DNA from: Candidatus Cloacimonadales bacterium
Lineage (GTDB): Bacteria > Cloacimonadota > Cloacimonadia > Cloacimonadales > JAIOQZ01
Assembly: GCA_963662655.2 (NCBI GenBank)
Contig: CAXXTU010000002.1
Coordinates: 704,001 to 768,000, forward strand
DNA length: 64,000 bases
Reading direction: 5' to 3'
A model generated the notes under the pieces. It did not search any database, was not told the origin of the DNA, and worked only from the letters and a program-made list of their open reading frames with translations. Shown piece after piece: positions 9,756 to 19,681 of the stretch (the first letter of the stretch is position 1; every line of letters begins with the position of its first letter). A program made the position numbers and the translations under genes.

Positions 9756-11834
9756 TTAATCTCCTTCAGTGAGTTGTCGAAACTCGGGTGCGACTCTCGG
9801 GTTCAGCTTCATGAACGCGTAAAGCAGTCCCGCGAATACAACCGCGAGGATCGAGAGCGTTACCCAGGATATCTGCCCGTTGGTGAAGAGCAGGTTATAG
9901 CCGGGAAGGTTCTCGCCGTATTGCAGCAGTAGCACGACGATGAAGTTGTTCATGAAATGTGCCAGCATCGCGATGAAGAAGCTTCCCGAGCGGACCATCA
10001 GGAACGCGATCCACATGCCCAGCATCGAAGCCGGCAGCAGGCGGAACGGATCCAGATGCATGATGCCGAACATCACCGACGAGATGATTACCGCGGCCGG
10101 TATGCCATACTTGCGGAATACCCTGAACATGTATCCGCGATAAACGAATTCCTCGCAGATGCCGGGCAGAACAGCCACAATCAGGATTTTCATCCAGAGG
10201 GAGGAGCCGTTCATGCTCATCATCTCCGAGAAGCGCGAGATATATTCTTCCGGAATGGGGTAGATCATGTTGATCGTTTCCACCACTTTTCCGGCGAAAA
10301 GATACGCGGGCAATGACATCAGGGCAACCAGCAGGAAATTGAGCGGGTTGGTGCCCTGCATCTTGAATGTCTTGGGGATGTCGACCTTCCCAACGCGGAG
10401 TATCAGGTATGTCGGCAGGAGGAACAGCAACAGGAGCGTCTTGATCAGCCCCATCGCCGGATCCTTGGCCTGCCACGAACCGCCGATGTAGAAAAGCGCC
10501 AGCAGTTGCAGCACGAAGATCAGAAAGGCGAAACCGGGCTGGAAGATGTTCTTCTTGTTCTTGCCCCAGAATTTCATCGTCTTTTCCTCTTCCACGCGGA
10601 ACAGGATGCCTTCGCGATTGAACAGCTTGACTGTCACGAAGATCATGACGATATCCAGCACGAGCGTGGAGCTGACGGTCACCAGGAAATTCACCATGCT
10701 GAACTGATCGAGCATGATTTCCTTGAAGAGCAGCGCGATGTTGATGATGGGGATGATGGCGAAACCGATATTCAGTTCGACGCCCGGAAGCATACTCACG
10801 AACGACATCAGGATCGTGATCATGATCACGGGGGAGAGGTAGGTGTTGGCTTCGCGCATGTTGCGGGAATAGGTCGAGATCGATATGAGGATACCCGAGA
10901 TCAGCGTGATCAGCGGGATCATTGCCAGGAAGATGAGCGAGAAATTGGATATCGGAAGCTGCATCTCCGACATGTTCAGTCCCGCTTGCGCCATCATGTG
11001 ACGGATGGAAAGGTACATGCTGAATAGGTTGAGGATCACAGAAACGAATTCGAAAGTCATCACGGTGAGGTATTTTCCAATGACGATCTCCGTGCGGTTG
11101 GCTGCGCTGATGAGCAGCGTCTCCAGGGTTCCGCGTTCCTTTTCGCCGGCGATGATGTCGGTGGCGATCACCGCGCCGCTGCTGACGGTGAGGATGATCA
11201 GCAGGTAGGGCAGGAACCTTCCAACCACCAGCCCGAGCATGCGCTGCGAGGACGCGATGTTCTCTGAATCGACCTCGATCGCCTCCAGGATTTCCTCCGA
11301 GACTTTAATCGCCTCCAGACGGTGCCCGACGAGCTGTTTCTCGGTGTCGCTCAGGATCGTGGATACCCTCCCGAAGCCTTCGGAGCTGCGGTCGTCCGCC
11401 TTGTCGTAGATCACCCGCACGGGATAGATGGGGAATGATCGTTTGTTACCGAGCGAGTCCTCTTCCTGCTTTTTGATGATGATCACGGACTGGAAGAAAC
11501 GGTCGTTCAACCGGGCGCGGAAATCATCTTCGGTAAGGAGCGTCGCGTCGCTTTGATCGACGTCTCTTTTGGGATAGATGTCGAACGACTTGTCGTTGGC
11601 GAAAGCATTGTAGATATGCTGTGAAAGCGTGTCCCTGACGGTATCGTGGATGTACATGCGTACGGTTTCCGCATCCAGCTTTTTCTCCTGTCGCATCATG
11701 AGCGACGAGAAAAGGATCATGATGATGGGGTAGAACACGATGGGAAGCATGATCGACGTAATGATGGTCCTGCGGTCCCGCAGGAGGTCTTTCAGTTCCT
11801 TCTTGTATATGGTGAAAACTTTATTCGCATTCAT
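9756..11834 (-). CDS. NatB-like ABC permease fused to a CPBP (CAAX/Abi) intramembrane protease
   Basis: KKELKDLLRDRRT, AGEKERGTLETLL; C-terminal EEFVYRG...FGIMH...AHFMNN. Confidence 0.85.
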   Translation of the reverse strand: MNANKVFTIYKKELKDLLRDRRTIITSIMLPIVFYPIIMILFSSLMMRQEKKLDAETVRMYIHDTVRDTLSQHIYNAFANDKSFDIYPKRDVDQSDATLLTEDDFRARLNDRFFQSVIIIKKQEEDSLGNKRSFPIYPVRVIYDKADDRSSEGFGRVSTILSDTEKQLVGHRLEAIKVSEEILEAIEVDSENIASSQRMLGLVVGRFLPYLLIILTVSSGAVIATDIIAGEKERGTLETLLISAANRTEIVIGKYLTVMTFEFVSVILNLFSMYLSIRHMMAQAGLNMSEMQLPISNFSLIFLAMIPLITLISGILISISTYSRNMREANTYLSPVIMITILMSFVSMLPGVELNIGFAIIPIINIALLFKEIMLDQFSMVNFLVTVSSTLVLDIVMIFVTVKLFNREGILFRVEEEKTMKFWGKNKKNIFQPGFAFLIFVLQLLALFYIGGSWQAKDPAMGLIKTLLLLFLLPTYLILRVGKVDIPKTFKMQGTNPLNFLLVALMSLPAYLFAGKVVETINMIYPIPEEYISRFSEMMSMNGSSLWMKILIVAVLPGICEEFVYRGYMFRVFRKYGIPAAVIISSVMFGIMHLDPFRLLPASMLGMWIAFLMVRSGSFFIAMLAHFMNNFIVVLLLQYGENLPGYNLLFTNGQISWVTLSILAVVFAGLLYAFMKLNPRVAPEFRQLTEGD

Positions 11835-12588
11835 CTTCATCGCCTCCTTCGCATTTACTCTGTTCCACATGGAAGATGAAGATATCGTCGAGGTCCTGCT
11901 TGCCGGTGGCTTCCTTGAGTTCGCCCCAGGTTCCTTCCGCCAGGAGTTTCCCCTTGTGGATCATCACGATGCGGTCGGCGATGCGCTCCGCTTCCCGCAT
12001 GATGTGCGTGGAGAAGAGGACGCATTTTCCGTCGTCACGGCATTTGCGGATGAACGAGACGATGTTGGATGCGGTGAGGATGTCCAGCCCCGAGGTCGGT
12101 TCGTCGAAGATCATCACGGGGGGATCGTGGATGATGGAACGGGCGATGGAGACCTTCTGCTTCATTCCGGTGGAGAGGAAGTCGATGCGGCGATCGAGGA
12201 AATCGTGCATGGAGAGGAAATCCGCCATGTTGTTGATGCGCTGATCGATGGTGTCGTCCGGGACGTCGTAGAGTCGCCCGAAATAGCTGATCATCTCTCG
12301 GGCCGTCAGGCGTGCGTAAAGTCCCGTGTCGCCGGAGAGGAAGCCGAGGTTTCTTCGGACGTTCCTCGGATCGGACTTGGTGTCGAAGCCTTCGATACTC
12401 GCGGAACCGCTGGTGGGCTGCAAGATGGTGGAGAGCATTCGCATGGTGGTGGTCTTCCCAGCGCCGTTGACTCCGACCAGCGTTACGATCTCTCCCTTTT
12501 CCACATGGAAGGAGAGCTGATCGACGGCGTTGAAGGTTTCACCCTTCTGTTTCTTGAATTCCTTTGTGAGATTTTTAACCTGAATCAT
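11821..12588 (-). CDS. NatA-like ABC transporter ATP-binding protein
   Basis: GVNGAGKTT, LSTGMKQK, IFDEPTSGLD, FSTH. Confidence 0.9.
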   Translation of the reverse strand: MIQVKNLTKEFKKQKGETFNAVDQLSFHVEKGEIVTLVGVNGAGKTTTMRMLSTILQPTSGSASIEGFDTKSDPRNVRRNLGFLSGDTGLYARLTAREMISYFGRLYDVPDDTIDQRINNMADFLSMHDFLDRRIDFLSTGMKQKVSIARSIIHDPPVMIFDEPTSGLDILTASNIVSFIRKCRDDGKCVLFSTHIMREAERIADRIVMIHKGKLLAEGTWGELKEATGKQDLDDIFIFHVEQSKCEGGDEDECE

Positions 12589-12721
12589 GAACAATCCTTG
12601 TGTTGATTGATGAATAATTTCCTGTAACGAATTTATTTTTCACACATTTTTTTGTTGACGCCATTCTATGCTTCTGTGAAATATATAGTTGCGAGTGACA
12701 TGAATTCCTTATGGAATTCAG

Positions 12722-12757
12722 GCGGATTTCTGTCGACGGATGGAAATCCGCTTTTTT
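12722..12757 (+). terminator. Intrinsic terminator-like hairpin on the + strand
   Basis: GCGGATTTC/GAAATCCGC stem followed by T6. Confidence 0.6.
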
Positions 12758-12792
12758 ACACTTTGCTTTTCAATAATCTGTGGATGAACGAG

Positions 12793-13407
12793 TTACTCTT
12801 CTTTGCCTTTGCTTTCCGATTCTTCCTTATCGTCGTCGGTGTAGAAGAATCCCTCGATCTCCCATTTCATCCCGAGCGGGAAGTAAATCTTCTCCGACAC
12901 CGTGATCGCCAGACTCAAGGCAAGGTAAATGAACAACCCGAACTCGAATTCCTCCAATATCTCGCCGGGAGCAGGCATGTTGCCTTTCGTCGCGAAGGCT
13001 ACGATGACGAAAAGCGCGTACGCCACGGCTCCCATGAGGGCAAAAGGGATGCTCTTCAGACGCATGGCGTTGGGACGCATCCAGAAGATGTCCAGAATCA
13101 AGCCGCTTGCCAGGAATAATCCGATGAACGTCACGTACAGCGGCAGGGCGTTGCCCATAACCTGCATGAGAATGAATGCGACGGCCGCTCCCAGCACGAT
13201 TGATACGATCACGATGACCGTCCGCGAGAAGAAGCGTGCCACTGCGTATAAAACGGGAAGCGTTACACCCAGTATCAGCAGTTCGAAGCCTTTGATGGCC
13301 CCGGAGAATATATCCATGTCGATCACGAGCCCGGCCAGATAGGAGACGATCAGCGAAAGGGCTGTGGTTATCAGCAATACGAACAGGCGAAACCATTGAT
13401 TCTTCAT
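12793..13407 (-). CDS. Hypothetical integral membrane protein
   Basis: About six hydrophobic segments and an acidic tail; co-oriented with the upstream genes. Confidence 0.75.
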   Translation of the reverse strand: MKNQWFRLFVLLITTALSLIVSYLAGLVIDMDIFSGAIKGFELLILGVTLPVLYAVARFFSRTVIVIVSIVLGAAVAFILMQVMGNALPLYVTFIGLFLASGLILDIFWMRPNAMRLKSIPFALMGAVAYALFVIVAFATKGNMPAPGEILEEFEFGLFIYLALSLAITVSEKIYFPLGMKWEIEGFFYTDDDKEESESKGKEE

Positions 13408-13419
13408 CGTAACCTCTCG

Positions 13420-15318
13420 TTAGTTCACGAACTGCCAGTACAGGGTAAAATTATAGTGCGTATCGCGCGCGAGATTGTCAAACAGGTTTTCCTCGCCGGT
13501 CAGGTTGTACGCCTCCAGGTTGATCTGGAACTTTTTCGTGATCTGGATGCCGAACCATCCGTCCAGCATGCGCGTCATGGGGATTTCCTCTCCGAGCCAG
13601 TTGGTGTAATCGGTTGTGTACAGATGCCTGAAGCCAAGCTTGAGCGCGTTGTTGTGGTGGACATCGTAGGCGAATTCGAGCTCCGTACTGCTCTTGAGGG
13701 CTGGAAGCTCCACGACCTCATCCGTGTCGCGGTACTTGATCTTCGAGCTCAGGAGGATGGTGAGACGGCTGATATCCGCCTGGATCCGGGTGAAGAGGTC
13801 CACGCCGGGAACATCGGGTGTTTTCTCGTTGTAGTTCGTGAGGTATTCTGCGACTCCGATATTCTTGAATTCAGATTGCGTGAAGCGCCAGTCCAAATCG
13901 AAATGAAGCCGGGAGAAACGCTTCTTGAAGCCGATTCCACCAAACCAGCCTGACTCCGTGAATTCGTAAAACCGGTTCCCGTACTCCTGACGGTCCCTTT
14001 CCACGCGGTACCCGGCGAACACCGAAAGCGTGTCGCCCAGCGCGATCCGGAAGGATTTCAGCGGATCGTAGCCGTCCTCGCGAAGAAACATTGCCTGCGT
14101 GTGGAACCTGTAGATATCCAGATGATGCTCCGCCATCCAGGAATCGTGCTCGAAGTCCCGTGATTGCGCGGTGATGTCGAAACGCTGGAAGAAGAGGCTG
14201 TCCCCCGCGTGGAGAACATAATAGCCGCTGGTGTCGTCAATCTGGTCTTCGGGATTGTTGTCGATCCGGTAAACCTTGCGCTGGTATTTGTATCCCACAT
14301 CGAGCCAGGGATTATCCCAGAAAATGCTGTGATCCCAAAGCCTTTCGTTTACCATCTCTTCACGCTGCGGCTGATAAACCTTCTCCAGCTTTTTAGACGA
14401 GATATCGTGATTGAAAATGTCGTTATCGAAGCGTATATCACCCAGAGAGGTATGCCAGGTAAGATGCGTGAGGAAGTCGCCGGTATGCTCGCTCTCCTCG
14501 AACATCTTTCCTTCGTACGCCATGTACTTCAGGTTGATATCGACAGGATCGAGTCCGAGAAATTGCCCTTTCCTGAAATTCACGTAGGCATGGTTCATCA
14601 GGTTGTCGCCGGTTCCGAGTTGCGCCTCCGCAAGTGCGACAGGGCAACGGTATTCGGAAACCTGAAATCGGTAGAAATTATCCACGCCTCCCACAGGATA
14701 GATCGTTTTCATCAATTGCAGCGCGTGGGCTCCGCTGATGGGGAGTTCGGACTGGATGAAGCCGTTCCTCGTGTAATAAACGGTTGACTGATATGGCGCA
14801 TACAGGTGGAGATTTTCCTGAGCGTACACCTCGCGCGTATCGCGGAAACGATTCAGATAATGCTCCCTCATCTCGCCGAGATTTTCTTCGACGATCTCTT
14901 TCAGCTCCGCGATGGTCATCGATGTGTCGACAATCACGGATTCATCCACCGAAGAATCCGCCCCAAGCAATACCACGTTGACGATGATCTCCGATACGAT
15001 TGGCTCGCCGTTTTTCATCGCCGGCGAGAATTTCCAGTCCGAAAGACTGGCAATCACGAGGGTGTCGAGGATCCCTTCGCCCGGAACGCTCACGGGAATA
15101 ACGTTTCCGAGCGTGCTGTCTGGCAGTACCTGGACGTTCAGGATCGCGATGCGTCCATCAAAGACCTGGTGCTCCGGTTCTTCAAGCATGCATGGATTCT
15201 GCAGGATCGCTTGCGCTTCGAACGTTAGTGAATCGTCGATTCGTACATCTTCCTGCGAGAAAAGCAGAGCTGCGGTCAGTAAAAGTATTGCTACAACCAG
15301 TTGTTTTCTATATACCAT
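13420..15318 (-). CDS. Secreted protein: TonB C-terminal-like domain plus putative outer-membrane beta-barrel
   Basis: Signal peptide; SLSDWKFSPAMKNGEPIVSEIIVNV; amphipathic aromatic strands ending YNLTGE...YNFTLYWQFVN. Confidence 0.6.
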   Translation of the reverse strand: MVYRKQLVVAILLLTAALLFSQEDVRIDDSLTFEAQAILQNPCMLEEPEHQVFDGRIAILNVQVLPDSTLGNVIPVSVPGEGILDTLVIASLSDWKFSPAMKNGEPIVSEIIVNVVLLGADSSVDESVIVDTSMTIAELKEIVEENLGEMREHYLNRFRDTREVYAQENLHLYAPYQSTVYYTRNGFIQSELPISGAHALQLMKTIYPVGGVDNFYRFQVSEYRCPVALAEAQLGTGDNLMNHAYVNFRKGQFLGLDPVDINLKYMAYEGKMFEESEHTGDFLTHLTWHTSLGDIRFDNDIFNHDISSKKLEKVYQPQREEMVNERLWDHSIFWDNPWLDVGYKYQRKVYRIDNNPEDQIDDTSGYYVLHAGDSLFFQRFDITAQSRDFEHDSWMAEHHLDIYRFHTQAMFLREDGYDPLKSFRIALGDTLSVFAGYRVERDRQEYGNRFYEFTESGWFGGIGFKKRFSRLHFDLDWRFTQSEFKNIGVAEYLTNYNEKTPDVPGVDLFTRIQADISRLTILLSSKIKYRDTDEVVELPALKSSTELEFAYDVHHNNALKLGFRHLYTTDYTNWLGEEIPMTRMLDGWFGIQITKKFQINLEAYNLTGEENLFDNLARDTHYNFTLYWQFVN

Positions 15319-16271
15319 TGATAGGTCTCCCTTAGGGCATCACGAATATCGTACTCAGGTCTCCAGCCGAGAATTTCCCGGGCTCTTTCGGAGGAGCAAA
15401 GCCAGTGTTTTCCGGTGAAATCACCGATGCGCTGGAAATTGAGGACTGGAATTTTCCCGAGAAATCGTCCGGCGATCTCCGAGAAGAACGTGGCCGGATA
15501 GATGAAGATGGCTGGAAGATAGATTTTCAGTGCAAAGGTTTTCATCGCTTCTTCGATGTAGCGGACAAAGCCGGTGAAGGAGTATTGTTTGCCATCGGAA
15601 ACAAAGAACGTTTCCCCGTATGCGTTGTCGTTGAGGGGAAGCATTCCCAGGAATTGAACGAGGTCCCTGCTGTAAATCGCGCTGAAGCTGCGTTCGCCAG
15701 AAAGAAGGACTGCGACATGCTTTTGAACCATCCTGAAATAGGAAAGAAAGTCTTTGTCCCCAGGCCCAAACACAGACGCCGGGCGGACGATGGTACAATG
15801 GATTCCTTCGGCGCGACGAACCGTTTTCTCGGCAGCTCGCTTGCTTCTTCCATAGCCGGAAACGGGTCGGCAGGGATCGTCTTCGCATTTGAAATCGTTT
15901 CCGCAGCAAGATGTTCCCGACACGGCTTGCGAGCTGAGATAAATGAAGTGTTTCATCGATTCTGTCTTCCGCGCCGCTCCAAGCAGGATGCGGGTGACAT
16001 CCACATTGGCCCGGTACAACTGCTTCCTGCTCCATGCTTTTGTCATGCCGGCAAGATGAAAGACCGCGTTGTATCCCTCGAGGGCTTGTAACACCTGCTT
16101 CTCGTGGCGGTAGTCTATTCTAGCGATGTTCGGATGCAGTTCTTCGGGGATCAGGCCGATATCCGAAGAAGCTCGTATCAGGCCTTTGACCTCATAGCCG
16201 AGTTGGTTCAGATGAACCATGAGTTGGCATCCGATGAATCCATTCGCACCCGTGACAATTACTTTTTTCAT
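15291..16271 (-). CDS. NAD-dependent epimerase/dehydratase (extended SDR)
   Basis: VTGANGFIG, YGRSK, RPASVFGPGD. Confidence 0.9.
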   Translation of the reverse strand: MKKVIVTGANGFIGCQLMVHLNQLGYEVKGLIRASSDIGLIPEELHPNIARIDYRHEKQVLQALEGYNAVFHLAGMTKAWSRKQLYRANVDVTRILLGAARKTESMKHFIYLSSQAVSGTSCCGNDFKCEDDPCRPVSGYGRSKRAAEKTVRRAEGIHCTIVRPASVFGPGDKDFLSYFRMVQKHVAVLLSGERSFSAIYSRDLVQFLGMLPLNDNAYGETFFVSDGKQYSFTGFVRYIEEAMKTFALKIYLPAIFIYPATFFSEIAGRFLGKIPVLNFQRIGDFTGKHWLCSSERAREILGWRPEYDIRDALRETYQWYIENNWL

Positions 16272-16732
16272 GTAGATGAAAATCGAGAAATGCCGAGTTT
16301 CAGTCAACTGATTTATCGAATTGATCTAAAATGTGCGAGTGAATGGAATTGGCATAAATACGATTTCCCGATTGTAGAATCGTCAAATGCAAAGTGGATA
16401 ATCAGGATATCGTTCCCGGAGAGCCATTTCCGTATTATTTTTCTCTCCGATTCATCAATCGTCAATAAGGAAATGGCGTTACGCCGGTACGGTTTTCTGG
16501 ATATTTGCATCGCAAAATCTTACAGGGGATTAGATACCGGTTTTTTAAGGAAAAAATGATTGCCGGATTTCCCCCCTTTTAAATAGATTGTATATAATGC
16601 GATTTCTCCAGGATCGGAGATGCCTGAGGTATTGGCGGCGAAATCGCAAAACCTGATTTTCTATGTGGCTGTAAACGGGATTCGATGGCAACTCATGGGA
16701 AAATCGAAAAAGAAAATGGAATGGAAAGTGGC

Positions 16733-17431
16733 ATGAAGAAAAACGTTTTACTGATCATCCTTACGGTTCTTGTAGCTCTATCTGCGGGTCTCATCACTTA
16801 CAAGCTCATGTTCTTCAACAAATCATCGAACGTTGTCCCCAAAATGACGCATCTGAACCTCGGTGAAGCGGAGGAGCTCCTGAAGCAGCACGGCCTGAAC
16901 TACAAGGTCACTAAAATCGACAACACAGAGCCGGGACAGGACGATCCGGTGCTGAACCAGAAACCCAATCCCGGGACGAAGGTTTGGGAGAAAATGATCG
17001 TCGAACTGGTCGTCGCGAATCCGATGAAGGAGCTTCCGGATATCGATTCCCTGGAAGTTGCCGAGGCAGTCAGGATCGTGGTAGAGAAAGGTTTTACCGT
17101 TACGGATACGGTTTATTGTTACAACGAGTATATTCCGGCAGGATTGGCAGCCGGATACGAAGGCCAGAGCAATCACACGATACTGGACAAGCCGGTTACG
17201 ATCGTTGTTTCGAAAGGTCCGCAAATGGCGTATGTGCCGGATGTGATTGGTTTGCATTTCTCAAAAGCGGAGAAGATGCTGCAGGAAGCTGGATTCTCGA
17301 ATTTCGAGTATTCCCGGATGAGCTCGAAAATCATCCCTTCTCAATGCGTTGTGGATGTCGATCCCAAGGAAGGTCTGGTAAAGCGCAGCGCAACGCTCCA
17401 TATTTACATATCTTCGGGAAAGGGGAAATGA
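16733..17431 (+). CDS. Membrane-anchored PASTA-domain protein (three PASTA repeats, no kinase)
   Basis: N-terminal TM; VPKMTHL..AEELLKQHGL, LPDIDSL, VPDVIGL..AEKMLQEAGF. Confidence 0.85.
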   Translation: MKKNVLLIILTVLVALSAGLITYKLMFFNKSSNVVPKMTHLNLGEAEELLKQHGLNYKVTKIDNTEPGQDDPVLNQKPNPGTKVWEKMIVELVVANPMKELPDIDSLEVAEAVRIVVEKGFTVTDTVYCYNEYIPAGLAAGYEGQSNHTILDKPVTIVVSKGPQMAYVPDVIGLHFSKAEKMLQEAGFSNFEYSRMSSKIIPSQCVVDVDPKEGLVKRSATLHIYISSGKGK

Positions 17432-17470
17432 TCAAGGTCATTTAGATCCCGAAGGAGAGTTGAAACAAGA

Positions 17471-19681
17471 ATGAACAGAGTATTGATTATCGAAGACGAA
17501 CCCTTGATGCGGGACCTTTACAAGAGCCTGCTGGAGGATCAGTTTTACGAGCTAACGGAAGCCGAGAACGGAACGCAGGCCCTCGATATGGCCCAAGAGA
17601 CACCGTTCGATTTATACATCACGGACATCATGATGCCCAAGATGAGCGGCCTGGAATTCCTGAGAGAGCTCAAGAAAATCGATCCCAGCGCGCATGTGAT
17701 CATAGTGACGGGTTACGACGATATATCATACAACCGCAAGGCGATCGAGTATGGCGCCTGGCGTTATCTGGTCAAGCCGGTTGCTCGGTCGGAATTCCTG
17801 AACGTTATACGGGCGGGTTTGATCGAACACAACAGGCTTATCGATCCCGATTTTGCCGGTTTCGACATGCCTGCTCCGAAGGCGGAGCCAGAGGCGCAGG
17901 CGGAGCCGGAAGAAAGCGCAGGCATCGAACCGCTTCTCAAAGATATCGCTTTCAGCAAGCTCAAGCTTTTGAATGCTGAGGATGCGCTTTCAGCCTACAA
18001 TGAGAACGCCGACGCCATCTTCGAGTACGTCGAGCAGCCCATGCAGAACCTTCTGCACGAGATTGCGAGGCAGTTACCCGAATATATGCAATCCCTTCTG
18101 GAGATCGAGGAGAAGCTTTTCGAACCCATTAAACGTAAGCAGATGAAGAAAGAGTTCGCGGTCGATTACTACTACGGGGCCTTCTATCCCAAAGGCGGAA
18201 ATCGTTCGCAGGATGGTCAGCTCTACATCGCGATCAACGAGGACCGTTTCGAGTACGGGTTCATCGTTGGCGAGTACGGGGACGATCAAAGGCTCGTGTT
18301 TATCGGTAACCTTCGCAATCACAAAGACAAGCTAATCGAAGACTTGAACGACATCATCAAGGATGGTGCGATCATCAAAGGTACTTTGCTGGGCAAATTG
18401 CTCGATATCGACGAAGAAGACCTGAATAAAGCCGAGCCGATTCTACCGACTCCCATGAGCAGTCCGGGCGGAACGCATGCTTGCTACCAGATTCCACGCG
18501 AAAAGGCGGTAACGTTCAACCAGGAATCGATGGTGGAGATGGTTCTGCGAGGATTCCAAACCTTGTATCCGCTTTTCGTGCTAACCACCGGAAGCGACGC
18601 GATCGAGAAGCTCAACCGGAGTTCGCAGTACATTCCGTCGCAGGAAGAGCTCGAGCAATGGCTCGAGACGGAAGTGAAAGACGACTCCTTCCCGCAGAGT
18701 CAGCAGCCCAAACCAAGTGTGACGGAGTTTCCGACCCTAACTCAGGCACAGCCTGAACCTGCTCCCGAACCCGCGTATAAAGAGAATATTCCTGCATCTG
18801 CATCGGTGGTTCCCGAAAGAAGGCGTGAACCTGTACGCAGGATCATCGAGCACGTACCTGTGCGATCGGAGACTGTGCAGGAAAGCAGCTATCTATTTTA
18901 TCAGCCGAGATTTTACGCGGACGAACAGCAGCCGGTTCCAGAGCCGTCCAAGCGTTGGAAATCGCTCTTGAAGCGTAGGCGTCAGGTGTATATTCGCGGT
19001 GAGGCCGATGTGGAGATGCTGGCTGAAAACCTTGCGAGAGCCTTCATTCAGGGAACAGAAGGATTCCGCGATGCGCTGGTTCTACATCCTTCGCTGAAGT
19101 ATAGCGATCTGGTACGTCAGCCGAAATCCATTTACCCGGATGGCTTTTTCCCGCTGTTTTTCGAGGCTGCGGTGTCCATCGATGCGCCGTGTGTGCTGGT
19201 CTTGAACCACTTCGATACCTGCGACCAGCTCGAAATTCTCGGCGAGTATCTTTATCTTTTACAGAACCGCGGGACCAAGCTTTCGATAACGCGATCCAGC
19301 GAGTTCCTGGTTGTGCCGGAAAACGTGTATGTCATTGCGACCGGGAGCAAGGAAATCGAGGAAACGAGAGTGCGGCAGGTGTTTGCGCAAATCGATTACC
19401 AGCCCGATTACTCGATTCTCCTGGAGTTACTTCCCGAAGAGAAGGCCGAGGAGTTCCTCAATCTCTTGAACGAGTTCTTCGAGATGCAGCCATCGCTGGA
19501 GAATCACGTGGGTGTGGTACCGTTCCTGCGTGAGAAGGACGATCTGGAAGAAGCGATGCCGGATATCTGGGACATCGATGTATTGCCCCTTGCTGCTGCG
19601 ATGCTACAGAACAAAGGAGTGAGGCCTTCCGATTTCACTTGGGAGAAACTCCTCGAAACGAAACTGAAGGCCTGGACTTAA
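17471..19681 (+). CDS. Response regulator: receiver domain fused to McrB-like N-terminal domain and degenerate McrB-type AAA+ domain
   Basis: Receiver motifs IEDE, ITDIMMPKMSG, VTG, LVKP; YYYGAFYPKGG..DGQLY..FEYGF; HPSLKYSDL, ILGEYLYLLQNR, VPENVYVIAT. Confidence 0.7.
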   Translation: MNRVLIIEDEPLMRDLYKSLLEDQFYELTEAENGTQALDMAQETPFDLYITDIMMPKMSGLEFLRELKKIDPSAHVIIVTGYDDISYNRKAIEYGAWRYLVKPVARSEFLNVIRAGLIEHNRLIDPDFAGFDMPAPKAEPEAQAEPEESAGIEPLLKDIAFSKLKLLNAEDALSAYNENADAIFEYVEQPMQNLLHEIARQLPEYMQSLLEIEEKLFEPIKRKQMKKEFAVDYYYGAFYPKGGNRSQDGQLYIAINEDRFEYGFIVGEYGDDQRLVFIGNLRNHKDKLIEDLNDIIKDGAIIKGTLLGKLLDIDEEDLNKAEPILPTPMSSPGGTHACYQIPREKAVTFNQESMVEMVLRGFQTLYPLFVLTTGSDAIEKLNRSSQYIPSQEELEQWLETEVKDDSFPQSQQPKPSVTEFPTLTQAQPEPAPEPAYKENIPASASVVPERRREPVRRIIEHVPVRSETVQESSYLFYQPRFYADEQQPVPEPSKRWKSLLKRRRQVYIRGEADVEMLAENLARAFIQGTEGFRDALVLHPSLKYSDLVRQPKSIYPDGFFPLFFEAAVSIDAPCVLVLNHFDTCDQLEILGEYLYLLQNRGTKLSITRSSEFLVVPENVYVIATGSKEIEETRVRQVFAQIDYQPDYSILLELLPEEKAEEFLNLLNEFFEMQPSLENHVGVVPFLREKDDLEEAMPDIWDIDVLPLAAAMLQNKGVRPSDFTWEKLLETKLKAWT

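Noticed and set aside
9756..11834. NatB-CPBP protease fusion as a novelty
   Set aside because: This domain fusion is already a known, widespread architecture
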